NCBI GenBank assembly: GCA_025998875.1
Contig: AP024675.1
Coordinates: forward strand, 1,178,978 to 1,242,977
Direction of reading: 5' to 3'
From: Bacteroidota bacterium
GTDB taxonomy: Bacteria > Bacteroidota > Rhodothermia > JANXDC01
DNA length: 64,000 bases
In this document: in pieces, positions 52,872 to 63,393 of the stretch
How the letters are laid out: each line of letters begins with the position of its first letter
Position numbering within the stretch: the stretch's first letter is position 1
Notes under the pieces: generated by a model
What the model was told of the DNA's origin: nothing
What the model saw: the letters and a program-made list of their open reading frames with translations, nothing else
Databases searched by the model: none
Translations under genes and position numbers: made by a program

Positions 52872-55266
52872 GGGCGTCCTCCTCGGGAGGTCGGGGTAAA
52901 CGCAGGCGGCAAGAGGTGCCCTTCGGGCCACTCTCGATTTCCAGAACACCCCGCTCCCCATAGAGTTGTTCCAGCCGACAGGCCACGTTGCGCAGTCCCG
53001 TGCCGAAGAAATCCCTTCGGCCCGGATGGAATCCCGGGATCCCTGGACCTGTGTCGCGCACCTCCACGCAGAGCCTTTCGCCCTCGAGCCAGGCCCGCAG
53101 TTCGACGCACCCCCCTTGTGCGGAACGGGCCACCCCGTGCTGAACGGCGTTCTCCACCAGGGTTTGCACGGCCAGGGTGGGTACGGGCCACTGTTGCAGG
53201 TTTTCGGGGATCGCGCACTTCACCCGCAGCCTGGATCCCAGCCGTATCTGCTCGATGGCCAGGTAGCTGGAGACGAGCTCTAGTTCGGTTTTCAGCGGCA
53301 GGAGCGCTTTCCCGGCATGCGCTAACACGTGTCGGAACAGGCGTCCTAGGTGTTCTACGGTGCGTTCCGCCTCCCGGGGGCGGTCTTCAATCAAAGCCGC
53401 GATGGTGTTAAGCGTGTTGAAGAGGAAATGGGGATCGATGCGCGCCCGCAGGGCGACCAGCTCGGCTTCGGCCGTGCGGCGCACCAGTTCCCGTTCCCGT
53501 TCCAGAAAGGCCCAGCGGGTTACAGCCTGGGCGATGTACGATGTCCAGAGGCGAGCGCGTTCGACGTCGGAGACGTTGAAGACCCGCCTTCTCCGGCCCA
53601 GGGCGAGCAGGCCCCAGCAGCGGTCCTCCGATCGGATGGGCACAAGCAAGCCCACGCGCGCCCGCTCGAGCGCGCGCTCCAGATTTTCGGGCAGGATCGC
53701 CCGGGGTAGTACCGGAGAGGGGGTCCAGAGCATATCGGGTGCAAGAGCGCCCTGTAGCGCCTCCCAGTTGAGCGTTATGGGGCTTGACTCCGGCCAGTGG
53801 GCCAGAACAGGATCCCTTCCAGGGGGGAGAAGCGCAACGACGGCTCGAGGGGTTTCAAAAAGTTCCGTGCTCCGGCGTGCCGCCTCTCGGGCGAGGCGTT
53901 CCAGATCGGTGAACCGCCCGAGCTCTTCCCCCTCATGCCGCAGACGCCTCCACTGCGTCTGCTCATCGGTCAGGAGCAGGCGTTCCAGCAGGCGATAGGC
54001 CAGGGGAGAGGAGGCCGTCACGGCGCCCACAACTATCCAGTCCCGGATGGATAAGGCGCTCCATACCGCCGGATCCCAGCCCCTGCGCAGCAGGCTGTAG
54101 GTGAGCAACCCCAGTACTAGCGTGCCCAGCCCCGCCACGGCCCGACGTACGACCGCGGAGACGGGTCCGTATTTGAGGGTGCCGTAGGTGAGCAGCAAAA
54201 CGGGAAAGAGGCTGAGCAGCTGGACCAGCAGGATGAGCCCGATGGTGACTCGGTCAGTGGCCAGGGCGAGCTCGGGAAGCAGGCCCAGCAGGGCCAACAG
54301 GGCCAGCAGACACAGCACGAGAAAAAGCCCAAGGCCCAGGCGGCTCATCCATCCCGGACCTCGTTCCGGAGCGGGACCCAGAAGCAGGAGCAGGGAGGCA
54401 GCGGCCATATACGTGGTCACGTATAGCAGGAGGGCTCCTGTAAAGGTGTGTACCGTAAACCCCCCCGGCCATCCGCCCAGAACGCTGGCGCTGAGCAGGG
54501 CCCCGGCATACAGCGCCGGCGGCACATACAGCCATAGGCTCAGCCAGAGGGGAACGGAGAGCACATTTCGGGCCGCGCGCCAGAGAAGCAGGGCGGAAAA
54601 GGCCACCCAGCCCAGCAGGGTCAAGAAGGTGAGAATCGACCACAGCGCGGGCACGGGACCCTCCAGGGGACCCCAGAGGGCGAGCAGTGCAATACGCGTG
54701 GCATTGCCGCCAAAGTACAGCGCGCCCAGGGCGATCAGCAGCAGGTCGATCGCGTGCTGGGGATTGCGCCAGGCCAGGGGCAACAGGATGAGCAGGCCCA
54801 CCACATGCACCAGAAAACCGATCACAAAACCCCATCCGCTCACCGTCCAGAACAGGGGATCGATCGGGTACAGAAAGGCGGGATATTCGGTGGTGCGCAC
54901 CTGGACTACCCGGAGCCCATCTGCTCGCAGGAGCTCATAGGAAACCAACGAGCCCGGTTCGAAGCCCTGTATGGCCTGTTCCAGCGCCTGCAGACTGAAA
55001 AACGGGCGGCCCTGTACACCGAGCAGGCGATCTCCCTTGCGGATACCTGCCCGATCGGCGGGGCCGTTGGGGAATACAAAGGCCGCCTCTATACCCTGGC
55101 CCTGATCGCGCCACTGGACCCAGTCGTATCCCCGCGTCTGTGGAAAATCCGGCTCCAGAAAGGTGCGAAAGCGCATCCAGTCCTGGCCGATCCGATACAG
55201 GGGCACAAGGGCCAGGAAAGAGGCCACAAGCAACCCGAATACCCCGAGGAGGGCGCGCCGATCCAT
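52729..55266 (-). CDS. LytS-type sensor histidine kinase with PDZ, multi-TM and GAF-like regions
   Basis: GPADRAGIRKGDRL (PDZ), several TMs, RIDPHFLFNTLN, QTLVENAVQHG, VRDTGPG, GTGLRNV; ATG 55266 chosen. Confidence 0.88.
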   Translation of the reverse strand: MDRRALLGVFGLLVASFLALVPLYRIGQDWMRFRTFLEPDFPQTRGYDWVQWRDQGQGIEAAFVFPNGPADRAGIRKGDRLLGVQGRPFFSLQALEQAIQGFEPGSLVSYELLRADGLRVVQVRTTEYPAFLYPIDPLFWTVSGWGFVIGFLVHVVGLLILLPLAWRNPQHAIDLLLIALGALYFGGNATRIALLALWGPLEGPVPALWSILTFLTLLGWVAFSALLLWRAARNVLSVPLWLSLWLYVPPALYAGALLSASVLGGWPGGFTVHTFTGALLLYVTTYMAAASLLLLLGPAPERGPGWMSRLGLGLFLVLCLLALLALLGLLPELALATDRVTIGLILLVQLLSLFPVLLLTYGTLKYGPVSAVVRRAVAGLGTLVLGLLTYSLLRRGWDPAVWSALSIRDWIVVGAVTASSPLAYRLLERLLLTDEQTQWRRLRHEGEELGRFTDLERLAREAARRSTELFETPRAVVALLPPGRDPVLAHWPESSPITLNWEALQGALAPDMLWTPSPVLPRAILPENLERALERARVGLLVPIRSEDRCWGLLALGRRRRVFNVSDVERARLWTSYIAQAVTRWAFLERERELVRRTAEAELVALRARIDPHFLFNTLNTIAALIEDRPREAERTVEHLGRLFRHVLAHAGKALLPLKTELELVSSYLAIEQIRLGSRLRVKCAIPENLQQWPVPTLAVQTLVENAVQHGVARSAQGGCVELRAWLEGERLCVEVRDTGPGIPGFHPGRRDFFGTGLRNVACRLEQLYGERGVLEIESGPKGTSCRLRLPRPPEEDAHGTHAPARSGHRGRRAGSRSVASPAGAHAERAARSRGRRRQERPPDP

Positions 55267-55270
55267 GCAG

Positions 55271-55301
55271 AAAAAGTACACCTCCGGTCCCAGAAAGCCA
55301 A
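55271..55301 (-). promoter_or_regulatory. Putative promoter of the sensor kinase (TTG-N20-TACTTTTT)
   Basis: Ends 4 nt before ATG 55266; back-to-back with the plus-strand promoter. Confidence 0.5.
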
Positions 55302-55310
55302 CAGCAGGCT

Positions 55311-55342
55311 TTTGCGCCCTCCCCCCGGCCAGGCTAACTTTG
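55311..55342 (+). promoter_or_regulatory. Full-consensus Bacteroidota promoter TTTG-N20-TAACTTTG
   Basis: Exact match to the -33/-7 consensus, 9 nt before ATG 55352. Confidence 0.75.
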
Positions 55343-55351
55343 CATCCCGAC

Positions 55352-56149
55352 ATGCATGAGGTCCCGCTTGCGCGCATCCGGGCTGTACTGGAACACCTGG
55401 TGGCCCGATACAACCGGCCGGAGTTCATCGCCTCCGATCCCGTAGCGTTTGTGCACGCCTTTGACGATCCCCGTGATCAGGAGCTTATCGGGATCGTTGC
55501 CGCCCTGTTTGCCTGGGGGCGTCGGGATGTGGTGCTGCGCAAGCTGGCTGAACTATGTGAGCGTGTGCATATGGCTCCGCGCCGGTATGCGGAGACCTTC
55601 CCTCGCCACGAGGGGATAAGCCTCCGGGGGTTTGTCCACCGCACCTGGTCTGCCGATGACGTGCGAGCGCTTTGGGGAAGCCTGCATCAGATATTGCGGC
55701 GGTTCGGATCCCTGGAGGCCGCCTTCTGCGCCGCCTGCGAGCCGAACGCCCCCACGGTGGAGCAGGCGTTGGATCGGTTCGTGGAATGGCTCTGGGAGGC
55801 AGACCCCTCCGGACGGCTGAGGCGTCATGTGGGGCGTCCCTCTCGGGGGTCGAGCTGTAAGCGACTGAACCTGTACTTGCGCTGGATGGTGCGCCGGGAC
55901 GGGATCGTGGATCTAGGGATCTGGTCATCGCTCAGCCCCGCGCAGCTTTTGATCCCGCTGGATGTGCATGTGGTTCGGGTATCTCGCGCCCTCGGTCTGC
56001 TTCAGCGGCGGAGCCCGGACTGGCGCGCCGTCTTGGAACTGACCGATCGGCTGCGCCTGTTTGACCCTCACGATCCGGTTCGATATGATTTCGCCCTCTT
56101 CGGACTCGGGGTGGCACGGGAGCCTGTAGCTGACCTGGAGGTCGCATGA
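55352..56149 (+). CDS. TIGR02757 family protein (HhH-like, unknown function)
   Basis: FIASDPV, SSCKRLNLYLRWMVR, IPLDVHV, DPVRYDFALFGLG. Confidence 0.88.
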   Translation: MHEVPLARIRAVLEHLVARYNRPEFIASDPVAFVHAFDDPRDQELIGIVAALFAWGRRDVVLRKLAELCERVHMAPRRYAETFPRHEGISLRGFVHRTWSADDVRALWGSLHQILRRFGSLEAAFCAACEPNAPTVEQALDRFVEWLWEADPSGRLRRHVGRPSRGSSCKRLNLYLRWMVRRDGIVDLGIWSSLSPAQLLIPLDVHVVRVSRALGLLQRRSPDWRAVLELTDRLRLFDPHDPVRYDFALFGLGVAREPVADLEVA

Positions 56150-57339
56150 GGCGCGCGTCGCTGGCCGTGCTCTTTCTTACCGTGCTCGTCGATCTCATTG
56201 GCTTTGGCATCGTGCTGCCTCTTTTGCCCTTTTACGCCCGGCGCTACGGGGCCACGGAGCTGGAGGTCGGTCTGCTTTACAGCATCTACTCTCTTATGCA
56301 GTTTCTCTTCGTGCCGCTCTGGGGGCGTCTTTCCGATCGCATCGGACGCCGGCCCGTGATCCTGATCAGCGTGGCGGGCTCGGTTTTTTCCTATACGCTT
56401 TTTGCCCTGGCGCGCTCGGTGGAGCTACTCTTTCTGGCGCGCATGTTCGCTGGTGTGGCCGGGGCCAACCTGGCTGTAGCCCAGGCCTACATAGCGGATG
56501 TGACCCCTCCGGAGGCGCGTTCCCGCAACATGGCCCTCATCGGGGCGGCCTTCGGCCTGGGCTTCGTGCTGGGGCCGGCTATCGGGGGCACCTTCATTCC
56601 CCTGGGCTATGCAGTGCCTCCCCTGGTGGCGGCCGGGCTGGCCGTGCTGAACTGGATCATGGCCTTCCGATTTCTGCCCGAACCCCCACATCGGAGCCTG
56701 AGCACAGAGCGGCGGACGCGGATTCTGAACGTACAGGCCTTTATCGTCTTTGCGCGTCGACCCCTGCTGGGGCGGCTTCTGGTGGGCGCCTTTCTGCTGC
56801 CCTTTGCACAGGCCAATATGTACGGTATTTTCCCCCTGCTCGGGGCCGAAGTCCTGGGCTTCAGCGACCGGCAGGTCAGCTACCTGTTCATGTATGTGGG
56901 CCTGCTTTCCGTCTTGGTGCAGGGGGGAGTGATGCGCTGGCTTGCCCGACGGGTTTCGGATCCCTATCTGTTTGCCTGGGGCGTTGTGGCGACCGCGATC
57001 GGGTATGGCATGCTCCCGTTCTGGCATGACCTGTCGGGGGTATTGCTCCTGCTCGCCCTCGTGGCGCTGGGCAGTGTGGCCACCCCGGCCTTGAGCGCGC
57101 TCACCTCCCGGGCCGCGCACGCCGATGAGCAGGGAACGGTTCTGGGGCTTTCCCAGAGCCTGAGCAGCCTGGGTCGGACGCTGGGTCCAGCCTGGGGGGG
57201 GGTCTGGTACGGCATCCATCATGGGCTGCCTTTTTGGAGCGCGGCACTGGCGCTCCTGCTGGCTCTGCTGATAAACCGTCCCGGGCTGTACCTCTTGCTC
57301 GGCGCCCCGCCATCCGTATCGGCTTCCGTGGATCAATGA
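56146..57339 (+). CDS. MFS transporter, TetA/DHA1-like
   Basis: DLIGFGIVLPLLP, GRLSDRIGRRP, AQAYIADVT, GFVLGPAIGG. Confidence 0.93.
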   Translation: MRRASLAVLFLTVLVDLIGFGIVLPLLPFYARRYGATELEVGLLYSIYSLMQFLFVPLWGRLSDRIGRRPVILISVAGSVFSYTLFALARSVELLFLARMFAGVAGANLAVAQAYIADVTPPEARSRNMALIGAAFGLGFVLGPAIGGTFIPLGYAVPPLVAAGLAVLNWIMAFRFLPEPPHRSLSTERRTRILNVQAFIVFARRPLLGRLLVGAFLLPFAQANMYGIFPLLGAEVLGFSDRQVSYLFMYVGLLSVLVQGGVMRWLARRVSDPYLFAWGVVATAIGYGMLPFWHDLSGVLLLLALVALGSVATPALSALTSRAAHADEQGTVLGLSQSLSSLGRTLGPAWGGVWYGIHHGLPFWSAALALLLALLINRPGLYLLLGAPPSVSASVDQ

Positions 57340-57346
57340 GGGGGTC

Positions 57347-58033
57347 ATGAAAAAACCCTGGTCTGTTCGGTTGCGGCAGCATCTGCTGACGGGGCTTCTC
57401 GTCGTAGCCCCCCTGGTGATCACCTATCTCGTATTGCGCTTTCTGTACGAAACCCTCGAGAGCGTGCTCGGTCCCACGCTGCGCAACCTGCTGGGGCTAG
57501 AGTTGCCGGGGATCGGTATTCTGGCGCTTCTCCTGGCCGTATGGTTGCTCGGGGCCCTTGTATCGCGCGTGCTTGGAAGAGGGTTGTTCCACTGGTGGGA
57601 GGGGCTTGTAGCGCGTATCCCCCTGGTCGGGGCTGTTTACCGTGCCGCCCGGCAGACCGTGGAGGTCTTCGCCCGGCCTTCTGAGGAGTCCTTTCAACGG
57701 GTCTGTCTGGTGCCCTTTCCGCTGGAGTCGGATTCCTGGGCGCTGGGGTTCGTGACCGGCCAGTCCGACCCTCTGGGCAGGGGCAAACCGCTGGTACACG
57801 TTTTTCTGCCCGCCCCGCCGTTGCCCTCCGGGGGACTGCTCGTGCTCGTGGAGCCGGAGCGCGTGCGTTATCTGGATTGGAGCGTGCCGGAGGCCATGCA
57901 GTTCATCATCTCTTTCGGCAGTCTAAGCCCGGGAGGGCCGACTCCGATACGGTTTTCGGAGTTACCCGGTCCGGTTCGTAGCCCACTTCCCGAGGGGGGA
58001 GCGGCCGAGGAGGTGGAGCCGAAAAATGAATAG
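57347..58033 (+). CDS. DUF502 family membrane protein
   Basis: LLTGLLVVAPLVIT, RIPLVGAVY, HVFLP...SGGLL, FIISFG. Confidence 0.88.
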   Translation: MKKPWSVRLRQHLLTGLLVVAPLVITYLVLRFLYETLESVLGPTLRNLLGLELPGIGILALLLAVWLLGALVSRVLGRGLFHWWEGLVARIPLVGAVYRAARQTVEVFARPSEESFQRVCLVPFPLESDSWALGFVTGQSDPLGRGKPLVHVFLPAPPLPSGGLLVLVEPERVRYLDWSVPEAMQFIISFGSLSPGGPTPIRFSELPGPVRSPLPEGGAAEEVEPKNE

Positions 58034-58065
58034 CAGGGGCGTCCCTTTGGGTCGGACGCCCCTGC
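58033..58065. terminator. Hairpin between convergent genes (possible bidirectional terminator)
   Basis: GCAGGGGCGTCC/GGACGCCCCTGC 12-bp stem. Confidence 0.65.
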
Positions 58066-58077
58066 CGCGGAAGGCGA

Positions 58078-60978
58078 TCAGTACCCTTCCTCCGGCTCAT
58101 CCCCTGAGGGGCGGGCCGAACCCCGTCGGGGCGCCTGGCGCACCTCAAAGGGAATTGTAATACTGTGGGTGCCGGAGCGGAACTCGATCCGATAACGGCC
58201 TGCGCGCAGGTAGATCTGCCCGTCCTGCGCCGCCGTCCAGTTCTTGCCTGCCTGACGGGCCAGCGTGGAATCCACCCTGAGATCCCAGGTGCGCACGTTA
58301 AAGCCCCTGTCAGCCGATCCACGCAGCACCTGTAGCGGACGGTCCTCCGCATCCCGGATCGTGATGAGGGTGGAGTCTGATCCGGCTTCCTGCAGCCACC
58401 ATACCAGCCGTACGGAGGGACGGATAGGGTCGCGCCAGTTCGGAATGCGCCCCCAGGCGGGATTTTCCGTAATGGGTTCTATCGCAAAGGCGTGGATGGG
58501 CCTGGCCAGCACGGAGTCGGTGAGTTGCTGGATCTCCTCCAGATCGAGCACATATATGCTTCGTCCGTGCGTGGCTACGACCAGGTCTTTATCCCGGGCT
58601 TGAATTTTCATATCGTAGACGGCCACATCGGGCAGGCCGCCCATAAGGGGCTCCCAGCTGCGTCCCTGATCCAGGCTGATGTACAGGCCGTCTTCCCCGC
58701 CCACGTAGAGGATGTTGGGATTGACCGGATCCTCGCGGATTACGTTCAGGGCCAGTCGGCGGGGCAGTCCACCGGACAGATCCTGCCAGGTCTGCCCGTA
58801 GTCGGTGGTTTTGAACACATAGGGGGTGAAGTCGTCTTCCCGATAACCGGTCAGCGTCACGTAGGCGGTCCCTTCCTGGTAGCGGGAGGCTACCACGCGC
58901 GTAACCCATTTGCGGGGCGGCACCAGGGCGTTGCGCATGCGCGGCCGAGGGGCGTTGACCTCATGCCAGCTTGCCCCGCCATCGCGCGTGACCCAGATGC
59001 GCCCATCGTCCGTGCCCACCCAGATGAGCCCAAAGCGCAGGGGCGATTCGTCGATGGTCGTGATCGTGCCGTAGGGCACATCCCCTTCCCGGGGGCCGAA
59101 GGTGAGATCCGGGCTGATGGCCGTCCAGGTGCGGCCCTGATTCAGGGAGCGAAATAGCCGGTTGGCTCCGAAATAGACGATCTGCTGGTTGTGGGGGGAC
59201 AGGATCACGGGAGTAAGCCAGTTGTACCGCAATGGGGCCTCGCCCAGCTTGTGCCGGGGCCGAATGGCGGCCCGTTCCCCGGTGCGACGGTTGATGCGGA
59301 AGTAGTTGCCGAACTGGAAGCCGGCATAGACGATTTCGTTGTTCGTCGTGTCGGGCTCGGCATACATCCCGTCGCCGCCCAGCAGCCGCCTCCAGCCATC
59401 TCGATCCTCTCGCTCCCAGACGCGCTCGATAGAGCTTCGGGGGCCATACCAGACCCCATTGTCCTGCAGGCCACCGTAGATGTTGTAGGGTCGGGCGTTG
59501 TCCACAGCGACCGTATAGAACTGCCCCACAGGGATCGTGTTGAGTACCTGCCAGGAGCGTCCCCCGTCGTAGGTGACGTTCACCCCTCCGTCGTTGCCGT
59601 TGATCCAGTGCTGGGGAAAGGCGGGGTTTTTCCAGAGGGCATGGTGGTCGACGTGCACGTTCGGTCGGTCGACGGCCCGAAAGGTGCGTCCCCCGTCCTC
59701 GGAGTAGATAAGCGGCACGCCGGCTATGGCGATGCGGTCCGGGTTGGTGGGGTCGATCCAGATCTGCCCGAAGTAGTAGCCATAGGTGAAAAAGAGCCCG
59801 TCGAGATATCCGGTGTGCGTTTTGCGCCAGGTTCTGCCCCCATCATCGGAGCGATACACCTCGGCGCCGATGATCGGGGTTTCAAAAAGGGCCCGGTTTG
59901 CATCACCTCCCAGGTACTCGTAGAGGGCTCTGGGGGAAATTTCTCCTTGCTGGACGAGTTGCCGGACTCGAGCCGCGGTGTATTCAGCCGGAAAGTCGTT
60001 GGCCCGCAGGAAGACCTCCAGGGTGTCAACGGGCACGGCCAGAAAGGCCTCGCGCGTCATGGTCGCCAGCTTCTGAGCCGAAAGTAGGGGTTCCCTCGGG
60101 GCCGGTTGCTGGGGCCGGTGGGCCTGATTGTCTATGACAGCGTAGAGCACCTCGGGATGGCTGGGCGAGATGGTCAGCCCGATCCGGCCGACGTGTTCTC
60201 CCCGGGGCAATCCGTGGCTCAGGGGGGTCCAGCTTTCCCCTCCGTCGGTGGACATCCAGAGGCCGCTTCCGGCTCCCCCCTCGACGAAGTTCCAGGCCCG
60301 ACGTTCGCGTTCCCAGGTGGCCGCATAGAGCACATTGGGATTTCGGGGGTGCAGGATGAGGTCGATGGCGCCCGTGCGCGGGTTGACGTAGAGCGTTTTG
60401 CGCCAGGTTCTGCCCCCATCGGTGGATTTATAGACGCCGCGGTGTTCGTCGTTTGTGTACAGCTTGCCGATAGCCGCCACCCAAACTATATCGGGATTTT
60501 CCGGGTGCACTCGAATGCGGCCGATGCGATGCGTTTCGGCCAGGCCCATGTACTGCCAGCTTTTGCCCCCATCGGTGGATTTGAACACCCCCAGGCCCGC
60601 ATAGGAAGAGCGGCTGGAATTGTTTTCGCCCGTGCCCAGGTACAGGATATCCGGGTTGCTCGGAGCCATGGCCAGGTCTCCAATGACCTGCGTGGGCAGG
60701 GCTTCGGTCAGCGGCTCAAAGGTCGTGCCGTTGTTGCGGGTCTCCCAGAGGCCTCCTGAGGCGTAAGCGACAAGAAATCGAAACGGGTTGCGTGGATCGA
60801 CCTCAATATCCACCACGCGCCCCCCCATCTGTACAGGTCCCACGTTCTCAAAACGCAGATTTTTGAACCGGGACTCGGCCTTGCGTCGCTGATGCTCCTG
60901 AACAGCCTCCGGCAGGGATTGGGCCCACACCGGGATGCTTATCCACAGGCAGGCTACCGCAAACCAGATGCGCCGCAT
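58078..60978 (-). CDS. Secreted VPS10/BNR Asp-box beta-propeller protein (glycosyl hydrolase-like)
   Basis: Signal peptide; GPVQMGGRVVD; about ten SxDGGxTW Asp-boxes; HVDHH; GGLQDNG; VVATHGRS. Confidence 0.88.
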   Translation of the reverse strand: MRRIWFAVACLWISIPVWAQSLPEAVQEHQRRKAESRFKNLRFENVGPVQMGGRVVDIEVDPRNPFRFLVAYASGGLWETRNNGTTFEPLTEALPTQVIGDLAMAPSNPDILYLGTGENNSSRSSYAGLGVFKSTDGGKSWQYMGLAETHRIGRIRVHPENPDIVWVAAIGKLYTNDEHRGVYKSTDGGRTWRKTLYVNPRTGAIDLILHPRNPNVLYAATWERERRAWNFVEGGAGSGLWMSTDGGESWTPLSHGLPRGEHVGRIGLTISPSHPEVLYAVIDNQAHRPQQPAPREPLLSAQKLATMTREAFLAVPVDTLEVFLRANDFPAEYTAARVRQLVQQGEISPRALYEYLGGDANRALFETPIIGAEVYRSDDGGRTWRKTHTGYLDGLFFTYGYYFGQIWIDPTNPDRIAIAGVPLIYSEDGGRTFRAVDRPNVHVDHHALWKNPAFPQHWINGNDGGVNVTYDGGRSWQVLNTIPVGQFYTVAVDNARPYNIYGGLQDNGVWYGPRSSIERVWEREDRDGWRRLLGGDGMYAEPDTTNNEIVYAGFQFGNYFRINRRTGERAAIRPRHKLGEAPLRYNWLTPVILSPHNQQIVYFGANRLFRSLNQGRTWTAISPDLTFGPREGDVPYGTITTIDESPLRFGLIWVGTDDGRIWVTRDGGASWHEVNAPRPRMRNALVPPRKWVTRVVASRYQEGTAYVTLTGYREDDFTPYVFKTTDYGQTWQDLSGGLPRRLALNVIREDPVNPNILYVGGEDGLYISLDQGRSWEPLMGGLPDVAVYDMKIQARDKDLVVATHGRSIYVLDLEEIQQLTDSVLARPIHAFAIEPITENPAWGRIPNWRDPIRPSVRLVWWLQEAGSDSTLITIRDAEDRPLQVLRGSADRGFNVRTWDLRVDSTLARQAGKNWTAAQDGQIYLRAGRYRIEFRSGTHSITIPFEVRQAPRRGSARPSGDEPEEGY

Positions 60979-61142
60979 CGGGAAACCTCCTCACTGTTGT
61001 GACGTGATAAAGAAACGGAGCAGGCAAGCTCCGGTGCAGGGGCGAGCGATGAACTTTTACCACTCCGTAACAGGGCTCGGCTGTCTTGCATCTGGAGGAA
61101 AATCAGGCGTTCTTCGACGCAAAAGCATGGAAAGGCACCCTT

Positions 61143-61880
61143 ATGGTGTACGGCCAATCAGCCCTGTTTTTGCTTCTGCTCTTCGGCGTTCTGGGATGCG
61201 GCATCCTGAAAGGCCCCAACGGTGTGCCAGAACCCGAAGATCGCACGGGGTTTTATCCGACCCTGCGGCAGGTACCCCATCCGGATTCGACCTATCACCT
61301 GGACCGATCCTTTGTCGAGGTAGAGCCCCTCTGGTCGGTGGGCTTTGTGGATGTGCGCAACGGGCGGCTCTTTCGCACGGCCTATCGGCAGACATATGCC
61401 ACCCTCTGGTCGCGCGAGGTGGCCATGACCTGGGTGGCGGCCCGGGTCAAACAGGAGAACATGAGCCGAGAGCAGGCCCGCCAGCTGGCCGACGAGCAGG
61501 CCGAGCTGCAGGCCAAGTATCTGACGATCGTAGTCCATGTCTTCACCAACGACCGATACCGGGATGCCTTCTTCGCCACAGACCTGAGCCGGTTCGGATT
61601 TGACTTCGAACTGCGCGACGACCGGGGCAACGTCTACCGCCCCGTGGGTGTGGAGCTGGAATCCCTGCATCCGATCTGGAGCCCTTCAGGGGGCCGATTG
61701 GACGCCTTCTATCGGATGAACGTGCTTCGCTTCGCCCGGTATCAAGACGGCCGGGATATCCTCTCCGGGGTACGCCGGCTTACGCTCTCCATGCGCAGTG
61801 TGACGGGCCCGGGCTTTCAACTGCAGTTCCGCTGGGAGATCGTACCCGAAACCCTGGCCGCTTCGCGTAAAGATGCGTAG
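61143..61880 (+). CDS. Hypothetical lipoprotein
   Basis: [19 protein letters not shown] lipobox; overlaps next gene by 8 nt. Confidence 0.65.
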   Translation: MVYGQSALFLLLLFGVLGCGILKGPNGVPEPEDRTGFYPTLRQVPHPDSTYHLDRSFVEVEPLWSVGFVDVRNGRLFRTAYRQTYATLWSREVAMTWVAARVKQENMSREQARQLADEQAELQAKYLTIVVHVFTNDRYRDAFFATDLSRFGFDFELRDDRGNVYRPVGVELESLHPIWSPSGGRLDAFYRMNVLRFARYQDGRDILSGVRRLTLSMRSVTGPGFQLQFRWEIVPETLAASRKDA

Positions 61881-62490
61881 GCGACTGCGGTATCTGGCCT
61901 TTTACAAGCCCTACGGCGTGCTGAGCCAATTCACAGACCGACAGGGGCGGCCCACGCTGAAGCCGTACATCCCGGTCCCGGAGGTCTATCCCGTGGGGCG
62001 GCTGGATATGGACAGCGAAGGGTTGCTGTTGTTGACCAACGATTTCCCGCTGCGGTATCGGCTCATGGACCCCCGATTCGGGCACCCGAGAACCTACTGG
62101 GTGCAGGTGGAGCGCATCCCGGAGGAGGAAGCCCTGCGTCGGCTGGCCGAGGGGGTGATCATCGCGGGAGGTTATCGGACCCGTCCGGCCCGCGTGCGTC
62201 GCATTCCGGATCCGGAGTTGCCGGCGCGCCCCGTGCCCATTCGCTATCGGAGGTCCGTACCTACCTGCTGGCTGGAGATCGAACTGCGGGAGGGCAAAAA
62301 CCGCCAGGTCCGACGGATGACCGCCGCCGTCGGACATCCCACCCTGCGCCTGGTCCGCATCGCCATGGGACCGATCAGCCTGGAAGGCCTGGAACCCGGG
62401 CAGTGGCGCGAGCTGAACCCGGAGGAGGTAGACGAGCTCCGGCGCATGAGCGGGCTGAAACCGGGCTCGGCCCGCCTATTGAGCCGGTAG
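61873..62490 (+). CDS. rRNA pseudouridine synthase, RsuA/RluE family
   Basis: [41 protein letters not shown]. Confidence 0.95.
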   Translation: MRRRLRYLAFYKPYGVLSQFTDRQGRPTLKPYIPVPEVYPVGRLDMDSEGLLLLTNDFPLRYRLMDPRFGHPRTYWVQVERIPEEEALRRLAEGVIIAGGYRTRPARVRRIPDPELPARPVPIRYRRSVPTCWLEIELREGKNRQVRRMTAAVGHPTLRLVRIAMGPISLEGLEPGQWRELNPEEVDELRRMSGLKPGSARLLSR

Positions 62491-63393
62491 GAGATCCGTG
62501 TTCGCCCCCGTTATGATGGCCACCCATGGGCCCGGCTCGGACCAGGATCGAAAACGCACAGCGGCCAGCGCCACGGCCGCAGAGGCTTCTATCCGTTCTC
62601 CGAGCCGTCTGTGGGCCCAGTAGACGGAGTCCCAGATCTCCGGCTCATTGACCAGGCAAATGCCATCGACGAGCTCCCGGATCAGGGGAAGTGTGAGGGC
62701 GTTCTCCTCTATGCCTCCGGCGAGCCCTTCGGCCAGCGTGGTCCGCTCCGGCAGATGGGTGCCGTAGAGGGCATTGTACAGGGAGGGCGTATGGGTAGAT
62801 TGCACCCCCCAGATCCGGATCCGGGGGCGATGGGACCGCAGCCACAGGGCCGATCCGCCAAGCAGCCCCCCACCGCCGGCAGGAATGAACACCATGGCCG
62901 GATCAGCGATCTCCTCTAAGAGCTCGACGGCCACCGTGCCCTGCCCGGCTATCACAAAGGGATCGTTGTAGGCGGAGATGTAGGGCAGTCCGGATGTGGC
63001 GGCGAAGGCGCGCGCGGCGCGCTCGGTCTGCGGGAAATCCGCTCCCTCCAGACGCACTTCCGCCCCCAGGGCTTGCAGCCTGCGGAGCTTGGCCTGCGGG
63101 GTACCGGAGGGCACGAACACCACCACCGGGCCCGCACCCAGGTGCCGGGCCGCATAGGCCAGCCCGATACCGTGATTGCCCGCCGAGGCCGTCACCCACG
63201 GGCCCTTTATTCCCCGTTCCCGGTAGCCAGCTAGGGCCGCCAGCGCGCCCCGGACCTTGAAGGAGCCCGTCTCCTGCCGATTTTCCAGCTTCAGGTAAAC
63301 CGGACGGCCGTCGAGTTCGCAAACACGCACCGGGGTGCGCCGCACATGGGCTCCAATGACCTCCGCGGCCCACCGGATCAGCTCCACCGTCAC
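62476..63393 (-). CDS. Serine/threonine dehydratase-racemase family PLP enzyme (no ACT domain)
   Basis: [32 protein letters not shown]; GTGA overlap with the upstream gene suggests start 63393. Confidence 0.85.
   Translation of the reverse strand: MTVELIRWAAEVIGAHVRRTPVRVCELDGRPVYLKLENRQETGSFKVRGALAALAGYRERGIKGPWVTASAGNHGIGLAYAARHLGAGPVVVFVPSGTPQAKLRRLQALGAEVRLEGADFPQTERAARAFAATSGLPYISAYNDPFVIAGQGTVAVELLEEIADPAMVFIPAGGGGLLGGSALWLRSHRPRIRIWGVQSTHTPSLYNALYGTHLPERTTLAEGLAGGIEENALTLPLIRELVDGICLVNEPEIWDSVYWAHRRLGERIEASAAVALAAVRFRSWSEPGPWVAIITGANTDLLPAQ

Noticed and set aside
59820-60420. 25-nt direct repeat TTTTGCGCCAGGTTCTGCCCCCATC (59820-59844 and 60396-60420)
   Set aside because: Encodes repeated Asp-box DGGRTWRK motifs of the VPS10-like protein; not CRISPR or mobile-element related
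60997-61010. Imperfect palindrome TTGTGACGTGATAA resembling CRP/Rex half-sites
   Set aside because: Second half-site and spacing do not fit either consensus; single occurrence
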